Below, piece after piece: positions 39,164-52,235 of a DNA stretch of 64,000 bases. The first letter of the stretch is position 1. Every line of letters begins with the position of its first letter. Below the pieces are notes generated by a model, which was not told where the DNA came from, ran no database searches, and was given only the letters and a program-made list of their open reading frames with translations. The stretch covers positions 89,282,001 to 89,346,000 of the forward strand of contig NC_086097.1 in assembly GCF_963921235.1 (NCBI RefSeq), written 5' to 3'. The stretch comes from Mobula hypostoma (Eukaryota). The position numbers and the translations under genes were made by a program.

Positions 39164-40678
39164 CTTTTTTTTAACTTTTTTTTATATTTCATTGAACAAA
39201 CACATATCTACAAACAAGCTATCGGTCCACAATTCACTGCACAATGGTAGATACCTATATTAACAATACCGGGGTGGAAGAGAGTAGGAGTAAGAGAAAG
39301 AAGAAACAAAAAGCACATACCTATAATTACATACATACACAAACATACACATGATATACATACTTTACATTACCCCTCAATGTAGATTTACATCTATTTT
39401 AAATAAAATCACAGTCCTCAGTAAATCAACTCAAGTCCCACATTTTGCCAGGCCCCTATATGGGCCTTTCACTGTGCCAGGTACACTGTAACAGAGCTCC
39501 GTCTTTCCAAATAAGAGTCCACTTTCAGTTGTAAACTTGCAGTGATATTATCCACACAGTTCACTTCTTTCAATCTCTGTATCCATTTTTCCAAAGTGGG
39601 TGGGTGAGATTTAAGCTAGTTAACAGTTATCATTTTATGAGCAATCAGAATCAAAACTCTTAACGTATATAATTTATTTTTCTCTAATGCAGATTGCGGG
39701 AAGTTGCCTGAAATTAAATGACTAGGTACAGAGGGTATACTTATATCCAAAATCCTTCTTATTTCCTCAGTGACCTTGTACCAAAATTCCCTTAATTTGG
39801 GACAGTCCCAGAATACATGTGCAAAATCTCCCTCTAGACCACAGCCTCTCCAGCAAAGTCTGCTGTTTTTTCCTGCATATAATGATATTACTAAAGAGGT
39901 TTTAAAGTACCTCATCCCTATTTTCCAAGCAAACTCCCTCCAATTGGGACTATTCAAGCATTTATGCCATGACTCCCAAGACCTCTCCCACTCTTCCTTT
40001 TCTATTATGGTATTTGCCTCCAATTCCCACTGTATGTTTAACATCTAACATGTTACCCATTGGTTCCAGGTGTGTATTTTTTATATAGACAAGATACAAT
40101 TTTCTGGGGTTGTGTCCTACCCGTTATGATCTCTATCCAAAACTTTTCCAAGTTATTTGTCTGTATTTTAAGATTGTTCCATTCTTTGTGTGATGTAAGG
40201 TAATGGAGGAATCTATAAAGGTTATTTGATACAAGGTCGAATTCGGTTTGGAGTTGGGGGAAAGATTAGAGCACCTCACCATCAAACGTTTGGTCCACAA
40301 GAACCAGGCCTCTTTGCCCACCTGTTAAAACCAGAATCCAGTCTTGCTGGAATAAAATCTGAAATGAATGCAATTCTGGTTGCCCTTGATATAGTCCTTG
40401 GAAGATCTAATTTTTTCCTAATTCTATCCCATACTGTCAATGTACAGTTAATCCATTCATTCTGAGTCTTCCACGCGTTTGGATTTAAAAAGGGGAGAGC
40501 TGCTAAAGATAACTCACCAATTGAATTTTGCTCTATGTGAACCCGTCTAGAATCCACATCTTCTTTGATCCATGACACAATTGCTCTTAACTGGGCAGCC
40601 CAATAATAGGTCTTTGAATGAGGTAAAGCTAATCCTCCCTGTTTTTTATTTGAATATAACACTTTTATTCTCACCCAC
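39164..40678 (-). mobile_element. L1-clade LINE, 5'-truncated (ORF2 C-terminus plus 3' UTR)
   Basis: KQGGLALP..YYWAAQLR; CWRGC..AHVFWDCPKLREFW; poly-T at 39164; 13-bp TSD tctgggaacttta at 39151-39163 and 40679-40691. Confidence 0.93.
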
Positions 40679-40902
40679 TCTGGGAACTTTAAACTAGAGT
40701 TGCAGTCGGGTGAGAACTGGGAGAGCAAGTGGAGTGGTTGTGGGGAAAATAGATGTTAAGATTACAAGCAGAGGTGGAATCTGAAAGGTTGAACATGGTG
40801 GGACCAATGTTTTGAGTTGTGTTTATTTCAGTGCAAAGAGAATGGTTCAAGTTCATAGTTCAAACTAAATTTATTAGCTAAGTACATATATGTCACTATG
40901 TG

Positions 40903-41183
40903 TTTATCTATTGAGATTCAGCACGGAGTGAGCCCTTCCGGCACTGAGCCACATCGCTTAGTAATCCCCTGATTTAACCCTAGCCTAATCACAGGACAAT
41001 TTACAGTGACCAATTACCCTACCAATCGTACCCCTTTAGACCGTGGGAGGAAACTGTAGCACCTGGAGGGAACCCTCCCAGTCACGGGAGAATGTACAAA
41101 CTCCTGACAGGCAGCGTTGGGAATTGAATCCGGGTCGCTTGTACTGTAGAGTATTGTGCTAACCACCTCGCTACCATGCCACC
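40903..41183 (-). mobile_element. V-SINE-like SINE inside a Rex 3' UTR
   Basis: Same family as the 11318 and 17025 copies. Confidence 0.75.
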
Positions 41184-41840
41184 TAACCCTGAGATTCGAT
41201 TCCTTGTGGGCATACTCAATAAATCCAAAAAACCATAATAGAATCAGTAAAAGGCTGCACCCAACGGTGCGGACAGCCAGTGTGCAAAAGTCAACAAACT
41301 GTGCAAATACAATAGAAAAAAAATAATAAATAAGCAATAGACATCAAGAACATGAGATGAAGAGTGAGTCTATAGGTTGTGGGAACAGTTCAGTGATGGG
41401 GCAAGTGAAGTTGAATGAAATAGTCCTCTCTGGTGCAAGAGCCTGATAGTTGAGGAGTAATAACTGTTCCTAAACCTGGTCTCATTGGGTCTGAGCCATG
41501 TCCACCACCTTTTGTAGGATTTCCCATCCAAGAGCATTGGTGTGATGCAGCCAGTTAATACACTCTCCACCACACATCTGTAGAAGTTTGTCAAAGTTTT
41601 AGCTATCATACTGAATCTTCGCGAACTTCTAAGTAGAGGCGCGGCTGTGTTTCCTTTGTAATTGCACTGTATGTGCTGGGCCCAGGCCAGGTCCTCTGAA
41701 ATGATAACACTGAGGAATTTAATGTTACTGAGCCTTTCCACCTCTGATCCCTCTGTGAGGACTGGCTCATGGACCTCTGGTTTCCTCCTAGGTAGTCTTG
41801 CTGTCATTGAGGAAGGGGTTGTTGTTGTGGCACCACTCAG
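41184..41840 (-). mobile_element. Rex1/Babar 3' fragment
   Basis: EGSEVERLSNIKFL..NFYRCVVESVLTGCIT. Confidence 0.85.
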
Positions 41841-42126
41841 TCGGTTAGATAAAACGGATGAACATAGAACATGGATCAGCGCATGGAATTATAATGCTGT
41901 AGCCCATTAGTGAGACTTAGCTGCAAGGGGGGCAGGACCGGCTGTCTAATATTTGTGAGTTCCCTTGTTTTAGACATGATGGGGGAGAGGTGTTAAAGGG
42001 GTGGGGTGGCACTACTCATTAGCGAAATGGTGGGTGTGAAATATCTTGCACACTCCTCTGTCCTCAGTTTCCTCAGAGGAGATGAGGATATTTATCAAAC
42101 TTCCATCAAGTTAATTTGGTCTCATC

Positions 42127-42574
42127 GGAGTCAATTTTAGAAAACCTAGCACATTTATTTTTCCTACAATTACACACTTAGTCCAGCGGTCGTGGAGCAT
42201 ACGGATCCCTTCTTTGTAGAAGTCAGCGTCTTGGACCTCCAGAAGTGGTCCACAGCAGGGGTGATTGATAAGTTTATGGCCTAAGGTGGAAGGAGATGAG
42301 GAGAAACATCAAACTTTCTGCATTTTCACTCAAAGAGTTGAACTGCACATGCATGTAACAGGAGCTGTATAACACATCTCCTTCTACCCAAGGCCACAAA
42401 CTTATCAATCACCCCTGCTGTGGACCACTTATACAAAGAAGGGATCCGTATGCTCCACGACCGCTGGACTAAGTGTGTAAATGTAGGAGGCAACTTTGTT
42501 GAAAAATAAATGTGCTAGGTTTTCTAAAATTGACTCCTTCTACCTTAGGCCACAAACTTATCAATCACCCCTTG
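42127..42574. mobile_element. Palindromic mariner-derived MITE
   Basis: Mariner C-terminus YKEGIRMLHDRWTKCVNVGGNFVEK* near 42432-42509 plus an inverted copy; TIR ends ...cttatcaatcaccccttg followed by TA. Confidence 0.88.
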
Positions 42575-42984
42575 TATGTCTGTAATTTTAGAGTAAAAAT
42601 GAGTTGATATTTTACACCCTCTTAATTCTCATCTCTGCATCTAGCTTAAGTGTCAGAAATTTGTTATGTGAGAGATGGAGTCTTAAGGTTTGGGTTCTTT
42701 AATATCCCCTCTACCAAGCTTCTGATATTGGTGTTTTTGGTACAATTAATAACAACCCATATTGTAGTAATATGTCTATCCTATTCAATATCAGTGTAAT
42801 AATGTGCTGAGCTCTCATTTTTCACCTGAGGTGATAAATTCCATAAGAAATCCTGCATTTATAAGCACAGAAAATAACTGCTGGATAAACTCAAATGGGT
42901 GAAGCAGCATCAATGGGGACAAAGGGGTGTCAATGTTTCTGGTTGTGGATCCTAGAACAGGTTTAATATAGTTCCAAGGTCCTC

Positions 42985-43800
42985 CAGAGAAGAAACAGAT
43001 ACTGAGCATTTGGCCCATATTCCTCCAATACCCTCCCATCAATGTACCCATCCAAATGGTTCTTAAATATCGCATTTGAATCCACCTTGACTGCTTCCAC
43101 TGGCAGCTCATCCCAGGTACTCATTACCCCCTGTGTAAAGAAGGAGTATTCCTTGGGTCTCTTAAATCTCTCCTCTCTTATCCAGTATCTTTGCCCTATA
43201 GTTTCAGACTCCCCCACACCGGAGGAAAAATTATGACTGACCACCACATCCATACCCTTTGTGTTTTTATCAACTCATTTGAGGTCACCCCTCGTTCTCG
43301 TGCCCTTCAAGTAATAGAGATCTGGAGTGGCCAAATTGTTCCTCTAGCTCAGGCTCTCTAGTCCAGGCAACACCTTGTAAATATCTTTCCCGTCCTCTCC
43401 AGCTTGACAATACCTTTCCTGTAACAGGTTGACCACAATTGTACAGCATACTCCATGTGTAGCCTCACCCATGACTTACATAAATGCAACATAATGTCCC
43501 AGCTCCTAAACTGGATGCCCTGACTGATGAAGACCAACATTCCTCACCATCCTGCGGGCTTGTGCGGCTGATTTCAGCAAACTCTGCACTGTATTCCCAG
43601 GTCCCTCTGTTCCAGAATACTCAGTGCCCTGACATTCACTGTATAGTTTGTACCATGGTTTGAATGTACAAAATGCATCACTTCACACTTATCCAAGTTG
43701 AAAACCACTTGCCATTCCTCAGCCCATCTACCTCACTGAATATGTCTTCTTTGCAATTCTTTGCAACCTTCTTCCCTTTCAAGAAGACCCCCTAATTTAC
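42985..43800 (-). mobile_element. CR1 3' fragment (divergent subfamily)
   Basis: LCKSWVRLHMEYAVQLWS; FFTQGVMSTWDELP. Confidence 0.8.
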
Positions 43801-43809
43801 AAAGAAAGT

Positions 43810-44425
43810 ATGGCAGCACCTCTACTTCCTTAGATGTTTGTGAAGATTCGGCATGTCATCTAAAACTTGACAACCTTCTATAGGTGTGCGGTGCAGAGTA
43901 CATTGACCAGTTGCTTCATGGCCTAGTATGGAAATGCCAATGGAATGGAGAATCCCACAGAAATTAGTTGGTACAGCCCAGTCCATAATGGGTAAAGCCC
44001 TCCATTGAACAAATCTATACAGAATGATAAGCGTGAAAGCAGCATCCATCATCAGGGACCCCCACCACTCAGGCCATGCATTTTTCTTGCTGCTGCCATC
44101 AAAAAGAAGGTGCAGAGCCTCAGGACCCACACCACCAGGTTCGGGAACAGTTATTACCCCTCAACCATCAGGCTCTTGAACCAGAGGTGATAACCTCACT
44201 CAATTTCACTTGCCCCATCACTAAACTATACCCAGAACCTATGAACTCATTTTCAAGGACTCTTCATCTCATGTTCTCGATATTTATAGTTTATTTATTT
44301 GTTTCTCTTTGTATTTGCACATTGATAATTTGTCCTCCTATTGGATGCAGTCTTTCATTGATTCGATTGTGTTTCTTGGGTTTACTGTGTATGCCTGCAA
44401 GTAAATTAATTTCAAGCTTCCATAT
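43810..44425 (+). mobile_element. Rex1/Babar 3' fragment
   Basis: THTTRFGNSYYPSTIRLLNQR and the typical 3' UTR. Confidence 0.82.
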
Positions 44426-44999
44426 AGTGCATAAATAATGAATAACAGAGGTCCCCACACTGACTTCAGGGGCACCCCATTAGCCACAGGCCACCAGTTG
44501 GTGAATTGACCTTCAACCATCACCCCCTGCTTCTTATCATCAAGCAAGTCGGAGTCCACCTCTCTGGCTCCCCTGAATGCCATGCAACCCAACCTTCCAG
44601 TCAGCCTGCCATGTAGGAGCTTGTCCTGGTAAACTAACTGACTCATCTTTAATGTGTGTCATTGGCAAAAAGAATCAAAAGATGGGACTGTGTTAGAGGG
44701 AATTTTGTGTGGTTTTGGAAATTTGGAGAGCAGTAGTGGGAATCATGCAATTGATGGCTTGGGAACCAGAATGAAGTTGATGGACCAAAATGGCCTCCTT
44801 GGTTGCTATGAGCAAGAGGACCTAAGAACTAAGAATGAGTACTAAGGCTAAATTAAATGTTGAGGGTAAAGGCATATTTAGAAAGTTAAATAGAAAGGCA
44901 AGGCAGCAAATTAGGTAACGATAACCAGATTGAAGGGAACGTGCAATAATAATCTCCAATAAAAGCAGAGCTGGGAACATCGTGAAGAGATGAAATTGT

Positions 45000-45795
45000 T
45001 CAAAGGTTCAAAGGTTAAATTTAATTTCAGAGAAATGTATACAATATACATCCTGAAATGCTTTTTCTTTGCAAACGTCTACAAAAACAGAGAAGTGCCC
45101 CAAAGAATGAACGACATTTAAACGTGAGAACCCCAAAGTCCCCCCCAGCTTCCCCCCCCACTTGCGTGTAAGCGGCAGTGAGCAACAATCCCCCCCCTCC
45201 CCCCACCGGCCAAAAAAAAACAAGCATCGGACTCAAGCATGAGCAGAGCAATAGCAAAAACACAGACTTGCAGTTACCCCAAAGACTTTGCGTTTCACAC
45301 CAGCATTCAACATACCATAGGTTCTCTATCTCCCTAATAAGGGGGGGGGGGTGTCTCCATTTTCACAGCGAAAGGGGAGACATAACAAACAACTCGCTGG
45401 TTTACAGTGTTAAAAGTCCATTACATCACTTTTTTCAAGCTCTGTGCCTGAAGATCGCAAAGATCTCGGGTCTTTGGGAACAGCAATAGATTTTCTGATT
45501 CCCCCGACAACACACAGGTCTCCTGCCGTGATACCGACCTTCAATCTGCCGATCTCCAGAGCCCCCGAGATCCTCGGCTTCCATATCCAAGCCGGACTCT
45601 TGGGCCGAGCCCTTGGTGTGCTGAACAACAGCTGGTTGTGAAACCCCGAGAACGAGTCCCATTCCCGCAGAGAACTGAAGTCAGCACGTAATTCCAGGTC
45701 AGGGTCTTCAAAAGAACCCTGAAGGGAAAAATAAAGATATTAAAGATGGAAACAGAGCTGTTTCCGTAGATACAAGCAAAGGAGCTGCTGTTCTC
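45000..45795 (-). mobile_element. Non-coding retroposon with Rex-like (ttcaaagg)n tail
   Basis: caaaggttcaaaggttaaatttaat tail resembles Rex tails; no RT motifs; GC-rich body; a related piece lies near 63225-63420. Confidence 0.5.
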
Positions 45796-46807
45796 CAAAT
45801 CTCTGTAACCATTGTAACAACGAGAGCTAAAGTCAAAATAAACATAAATGGAATTGATAGCTACTGAGAAATGTGGTTGGGAATTTGATATTCCAGCAAA
45901 CTGAACCTTTAGAATAAGCAGGCAAACTTGAAAATAAAACATGAGGCTGCATATGCTGGAATCTGGAGTAGCTACCGTAAAGCCGGGGGAAGATGGAGGG
46001 ATCTGGACAGTTGATATTTCATGCTGAGACCCTGCAGAGTGAGTCTGGGTGGGAATGCGACTGAAGGGCAGCAAAGCAGCAGAAATCAGGGGGGGTAAGT
46101 GAGAGTGTCTCACAGAACTCCTGTCAAAAAGAGAAGGAAAACCTCCTCCAAGAGGCCATATCTTGAAGTACTCCTTCACAGTGGAGAGGCAAAAAGGGAG
46201 AGAGACGCAAGAGACTACAGATGCTGAAATCTGGAACAACAGACAAAAGCTTAGAGAAACTCAGCAGATCTGGGAGTGTCTGTAGAGGGAAATGACCAGT
46301 TGCTGCCTCTAATTGAAACTGAAAAATGAAGTGGAGAAGTCCTAATATTAAAGAATGGAATAAAGGTTATCAGGAGGAAGGATCAAAGCTCAGAAAACCC
46401 AGTGATATTAAAGGATGTGAGGAGCTCAGAAACAGTAAGTAACAGAAGGGAATGGGTGGAAGTTTTCTATGGGAACCCCAGCCATGAAGATTGATTCCTG
46501 GGACGGTGGGCTTTTTGGCTGAGGACACATTAAGCAATCTGAGTCTATGCAGCCATGATTTTAAAAGAGTGAAGTGCACAGAAGGATAGGTGCCAAAAGT
46601 TGATGCTTCCCCTGACTGGGGCGCTTGAACCTGAGAGTCAGACTCAAAGTAAAGGATCGGCCATTCAGGATAATGAAAAGGAATTTCTTCACTGATGCCT
46701 GGTGAACCTTTGAAACTCTTCACCTGACAATCTGTGGAGGCTGTCACTGAGTATATCCAAACAAGAGAGCAAACTTCTTTAAGTACTAAAGAAATGCAGA
46801 ATATAGT

Positions 46808-47138
46808 CAATGTTCCCTCTAATTTGTAATGACGAATGTGCCCAAAAATCTTGTGCCGTGCAAGTTTTTGCCCAGTGACAACAATATGTGCGCACTGAAT
46901 AATTTCTTCAATAAAAACAGTATAAATAAGCCAGTTCTAAAATGTGCAGACAAATCATCGCAAATTCCGGGTTGTCAACACCGTCCACATCAGAAACTGG
47001 AAAAGGAAATGTGATTGTGAGATATACTTAACATGCCGATGATGTAGAGGGGAACAACCTTTTGTGCACAGTTTAAATTCCTTTGTGCACCAGTACCAAA
47101 AGATGTGTGTGCATGCACACACCTTAGAGAGAACATTG
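46808..47138. mobile_element. Non-autonomous hAT element (331 bp)
   Basis: TIRs caatgttccctctaa / ttagagagaacattg; degenerate 8-bp TSD aatatagt / aagatggt. Confidence 0.8.
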
Positions 47139-47360
47139 AAGATGGTGCAGGAGAGCTTCACTGAGATTAAAGATGAGCTATGAGCTGATGGAATTGAGAG
47201 CAGGAACTGGGTGCTAAATGGCCTGTACTTGCTTCTGCTTCTTGTACTATGCTCTTTATGTTCAGCCAAGATCTTGTCCCACTCTATCTATTTATCTTCC
47301 TTCAGACATGCAACATTGAACAGTTTTTCCATTCCTCCAAATGGAGCCTCCAGTGTATCA

Positions 47361-48347
47361 CACACAAAATTCTGGAGGAACTCAGCAGGCGGGGCAGCAT
47401 CTATGGAAAACAGTACAGTCGACGTTTCAGGCCAAAACCCTTTGGCAGGACTGGAGAATAAGAAACGAGGAGTAGATTTAAAAATGGGGGGAGGAGAGTG
47501 AGGAAACAGAAGGTGATAGGTGAAACTTGAAGGGGGAGGGATGAAGTGAAGAGCTGGGAAGTTGATTGGTGATGGAGACAGAAGGCTATGGAAGAAGAAA
47601 GACGGAGGGGTAGCAGCTGAGGGAGGCGATGGTGGCAAGGAGTAAGGTGAGAGATGGAAAGGGGGTTAGGAAATGGTGAAGGAGGGGGTGGGGGGCATTC
47701 CTGGAAGTTTGAGAAATTGATATTAATGCCATTAGGTTGGAGGATACCCAAACAGAATATAAGGAGTTGTTCCTCCAACCTAAGTGTGGCCTCATCACGA
47801 CAGTGGAGGAGGCCATGGATGGACATATCAGAATGGGAAGTGGAATTAAAATGGTTGGCCACTGGGAGCTCCTGCTTTTTCTGGTGGACGGGGCATAGGC
47901 GCTCAGCAAAGCGGTCTCCCGATCTACATCGGATCTCACTGATATACAAGAAGCTACACCAGGAGCACCGAACACAGTGTATGACCTCAGCAGACTCACA
48001 GGTGAAGTGTCACCTCACCTGGAAGGACTGTTTAGGGCCCTAAATGGTAGTGAGGGAGGAGGTGTCGGGGCAGGTGTAGGACTTGGTCCACTAGCAAGGA
48101 TAAGTGCCAGGAAAATGTCAGTGTGTATGGATGAATGGACAAGGGAGTCACGTAGGGAGCGATCCCTGCAGAAAGCAGAAAGTGGGGGGAGGGGGTGGGG
48201 AAAATGGGGTTGGTGATTTGATTCTGTTGGAGGTGACAGAAGTTTCAGAGAATTATGTGCTGGATGTGGAGGCTGGTGTGGTGGTAGGTGAGGACAAGAG
48301 GAACCCTATTGTTGGAGGCTTGGCGGGAGGATGGGGTGAGTGCAGAC
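47361..48347 (-). mobile_element. Penelope-like element 3' part (GIY-YIG region plus terminal repeat with mutated hammerhead)
   Basis: YISEIRCRSGDRFAE..PVANHFN..RLEEQLLIFCLG..PNGINI. Confidence 0.9.
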
Positions 48348-50048
48348 GGGCGTGAGCCACAGTTTGGTTCTTTCCTGCACTGGTGGCCGAGCTTTCCAAG
48401 GTTTGGGCCCCTAGAGATGGAATTCAAACCTGTTTGTTTCACTCCTTTCCCTCTGCTTAAAAGCTCTTTGAAAACCTATCTCTTTCAACTTTTCAGTCAA
48501 CCATCCCAATCTCTTTCTTACTCTGTGTAAACAGTGCTACTGTGAAGCACTTTGGGTCTGTATTGAAGTATTAAAAGTGCGATATAATTATAAATTAATT
48601 TACTAAATAGTCAGTTACAGATGTACCCAGCTTCATTATTGGCATGCTGTTTTGAAGGTCACTAAATTCTGATGGAAGATTTGTTAAATAAATGTGGTCG
48701 AAAGACTTTTTTAATAATATAGCTCCCTTCCACCAATATCATTCTCTTTCCTTCTGTCTTTCTCTTGTTTGCACTAATGTTCTTTCTCTTTTCTACCTCT
48801 TCCTTTCCCATTCACCCCCTCCCCACCATTCTCCTCGTCTCCCCCCTGCCCTGTTGTCCTCCTCTCCCCCCTCCCCCCACTCTCGCCCATTTCTTTTCCT
48901 GTACACACAGTATTTGCCTGTCTGGGCTAAATGAGCTTCTAATCAGTCCTGGTCTATTTAATTATGTTCTAGTCTTCAAAGTTCAAAGTACATCTGTTAT
49001 CTAAGCATTTATTCAGTATGCAAACTTGAGATTTGTCTTCTTGCGTGCAGCCACAAAACAAAGAAACCCAGTAGAACCAATTCAAAGACCCACACAGCAA
49101 AGACTTCTGATTACTCTATTTACTGTACTTTGCTCTATTTCCGCTCACCCTGGGCCAATGGTGCTGATCCACAGAATTCCAGAGAACCGCATCGAGCCCT
49201 GATCGAGAGAGAAGCATTTCCATGCTCTCAAAAAAAAATCCGTGCTATTCAGCAAGTGAGTCAGGAAGCTCCAGTTCCTCTCAAAGTAAGTGCAGGGAAG
49301 TCTCCCCTGATACGTCAAAGTCACTGAAAGCAAGTTATTCCTACATTGTGAATTGCGGGATCTTGGTGTGCACATGCTGGTTGGTCAGAAAGCTACTTGT
49401 GGCAACCTGAAAGCCATTAGATACTCTACTAGCTCAGCCAGCAGTAGCAGAGAGTCTGACTACACTTTACTCTCTGTGAAGTCTCAGTTGACAGATCCAG
49501 GCCATGTATTCAAAGAAACAGCCCTGGCTCTAAACAAACAGAGCTGGCATTATTAACCCTTTTTGACTGCCTGACCCTTGCTTGGTTGTCCATTCCGTGA
49601 GCTGGAATGGTTTTCATTTGAGCACACAGCTTCCTGGGCTCTTGTGGCTAGATCTGTTTACCCAGACTGTGGGAGCACCTCCCCATCTGTTTCCCTGGGC
49701 CAGGGCTGGTCTTGGCACATCACAACATGTGGGAGTGTCGGCTCCTGCTCTGTTGTTCACAGTTTTTCTCTCCTTCCTCCTCCCCAGATAGCAGTCCAGC
49801 CTGTTGTTCCAACTGCCCAGCTCTTCCAGAATGAGTCATAGAGAGATAAGCAGGCAAACAGGCCACTTGGCTCACTCAGTGTGTGTTGACCATCAACACC
49901 CTTCTACACTAATCCCACATAAGTCCCACTGTTTTGTATTCTATTGACATTCCCTTTAACTGCATAGGTCCTACCATTCTTGGAGGCTAGCAGATCTCTG
50001 GAGTTCTCTGCCCATAAGAATGATGCAGATAGGAATATTAAGTATATT

Positions 50049-51160
50049 TATACTTATACTTTACTTTTATTGTCGGCAAACAATTGATACTAGAACGTAC
50101 AATCATCACAGCGATATTTGATTCTGCGCTTCGCGCCCTCTGGAGTACAAATCGATAGTAAATATTAAAAATTTAAATTATAAATCATAAATAGAAAATA
50201 GAAAAGGGAAAGTAAGGTAGTGCAAAAAAACCGAGAGGCAGGTCCGGATATTTGGAGGGTACGGCCCAGATCTGGGTCAGGATCCATTCAGCAGTCTTAT
50301 CACAGTTGGAAAGAAGCTGTTCCCAAATCTGGCCGTATGAGTCTTCAAGCTCCTGAGCCTTCTCCCGGAGGGAAGAGGGACGAAAAGTATGTTGGCTGGG
50401 TGGGGGTTGTGTCCTTGATTATCCTGGCAGCACTGCTCCGACAGCATGCAGTGTAAAGTGAGTCCACAGACGGAAGATTGGTTTGTGTGATGTGCTGCGC
50501 CGTATTCACGATCTTCTGCAGCTTTCTGCTTTTGGACAGGACAACTTCCATACCATGTTGTGATGCACCCTAGAAGAATACTTTCTGCAGTGCATCTATA
50601 AAAATTAGTGAGGGTTTTAGGGGACAGGCCAAATTTCTTTAGCTTTCTCAGAAAGTAAACGCACTGGTGGGCCTTCTTGGCTGTGGACTCTGCTTGGTTG
50701 GACCTAGTCAGGTCATTTGTGATATTGACCCCAAGGAACTTAAAGCTTTTGACCTGTTCCACTTGCGCACCACTGATGTAAATGGGGTCGTGCAGTCCGC
50801 TACTTCTTCTGAAGTTAACAACCAATTCCTTCGTCTTGCTGACGTTGAGGGATAGGTTATTGTATTCGCACCATGCCACCATGTTCTTAATTTCCTCTCT
50901 GTACTCAAACTCATCGTTACCTGAGATACGGCCTACAATTGTGATGTCACCAGCAAACTTATATATTGAGCTTGATGGAAACTTGGCTACACAATCATGG
51001 GTGTACAGTGAGTACAGCAGGGGCTGAGTACACAGCCTTATGGGGCACTGGTGCTCAGAGTGATTGCAGAGGAGAGCTTGTCCCCTATTTTTACAGCCTG
51101 GGTCCTGTCTGTGAGGAAGTTGAAGATCCAGCTGCAGATCTGAGTGCTAAGGCCCAGGTT
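50049..51160 (-). mobile_element. Rex1/Babar, young, 5'-truncated
   Basis: 201-aa minus [42 protein letters not shown]; tatact-type tail. Confidence 0.92.
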
Positions 51161-51164
51161 AATT

Positions 51165-51489
51165 CCCAGGTTGTTTCCCGTGATGGGGGAGTTTAGTACG
51201 AGAGGGCATGACTTAAGGATCGAAGGGCACCCATTCAGAACAGAGATGCGCAGAAATTTTTTTAGCCAGAGGGTGGTGAATCTGTGGAATTTGTTGCCAC
51301 GGGCGGCAGTGGAGGCTGAGTCATTGGATGTATTTAAGGCAGAGATTGATAGGTATCTGAGTAGCCAGGGCATCAAAGATTATGGTGAGAAGGCGGGGGA
51401 GTGGGACTAAATGGGAGAATGGATCAGCTCATGATAAAATAGCGGAGCAGACTCAATGGCCGACTTCTGCTCCTTTGTCTTATGGTCTT
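51165..51489 (+). mobile_element. CR1 3' end, young
   Basis: LFPVMGEFSTRGHDLRI..FFSQRVVNLWNLLP; tcttatgg tail. Confidence 0.9.
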
Positions 51490-51849
51490 AATTGAGGGCT
51501 ATGGAAGAGGAATGGAGACCGATATAGATTGACAGTGTTCATATTGAATGTTAAGGCTGGCTAGAGTGGCTGACTCCTGCTCTTATTTTCTTGTGATACA
51601 TCCATGCCCACATTTCATCAGTGTTAGAATGCGCCTTGTGTAAAGAGCTCACACGCCCCAAAACTTGTGCATAAATGGAAGCACTTTCTTTCCATCGGAT
51701 GTTTCCACCCAGCAACTGGATAACTCTCCAGCCAGCCAGTGACAGCATCATATCAGTTTTCAAGCTTTATCGCTGTTGAGATATTGTTAACATTCTAATC
51801 TGAGCAGATTGGTGGGGGGGTGGTGGGAATGTTCAATGGATGGTGAACA

Positions 51850-52235
51850 GTTATGCTCTCTTCTCACTGCTGCCATCAGGATGAAGGTACAGGAGCCTCA
51901 GGACTTACATCACCAGGTTCAGGAACAGTTATTAACCCTCAACCATCAGGCTCTTGGACCAGTAGTGATAACTTCACTCAGCTTCACTTGCCCATCACTG
52001 AACTGTACCTCCAACCTATGGACCCACTTTCAAGGACTGTTCATCTCATGTTCTCGATATTTATTGCTTATTTATTTTTTTCTCTTTTGTATTTGCATAG
52101 CTTGCTGTCTTTCACATTCATTGTTTGTCTGTCCTGCTGGATGTGGTCTTTCATTGATTCTATTGTGGTTCTTGGATTTACTGAGTATGGTTGCAAGTGT
52201 TGTATATGGTGACATATATGTACTTTGAACTTTGA
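51850..52235 (+). mobile_element. Rex1/Babar 3' end
   Basis: Similar to 44075-44400; actttgaactttga tail. Confidence 0.82.

Larger units (their letters stand above)
37560..40850 (+). mobile_element. Old CR1 5' half (ORF1 zinc-binding motif plus SGNH esterase), split by two insertions
   Basis: DDYSCEKCIRLQLL near 37630; VVTGDSVV..ICCLP..VMVHIGTNDLG at 38695-38885; sequence resumes after the L1 TSD at 40692. Confidence 0.8.

Noticed and set aside
45541..46239. 232-aa minus-strand ORF
   Set aside because: Crosses several unrelated repeat fragments and shows no domain signature.
49353..49556. ORF with STSSASSSRES resembling a RhoGEF N-terminal motif
   Set aside because: Low-complexity Ser run with no convincing flanking splice sites.
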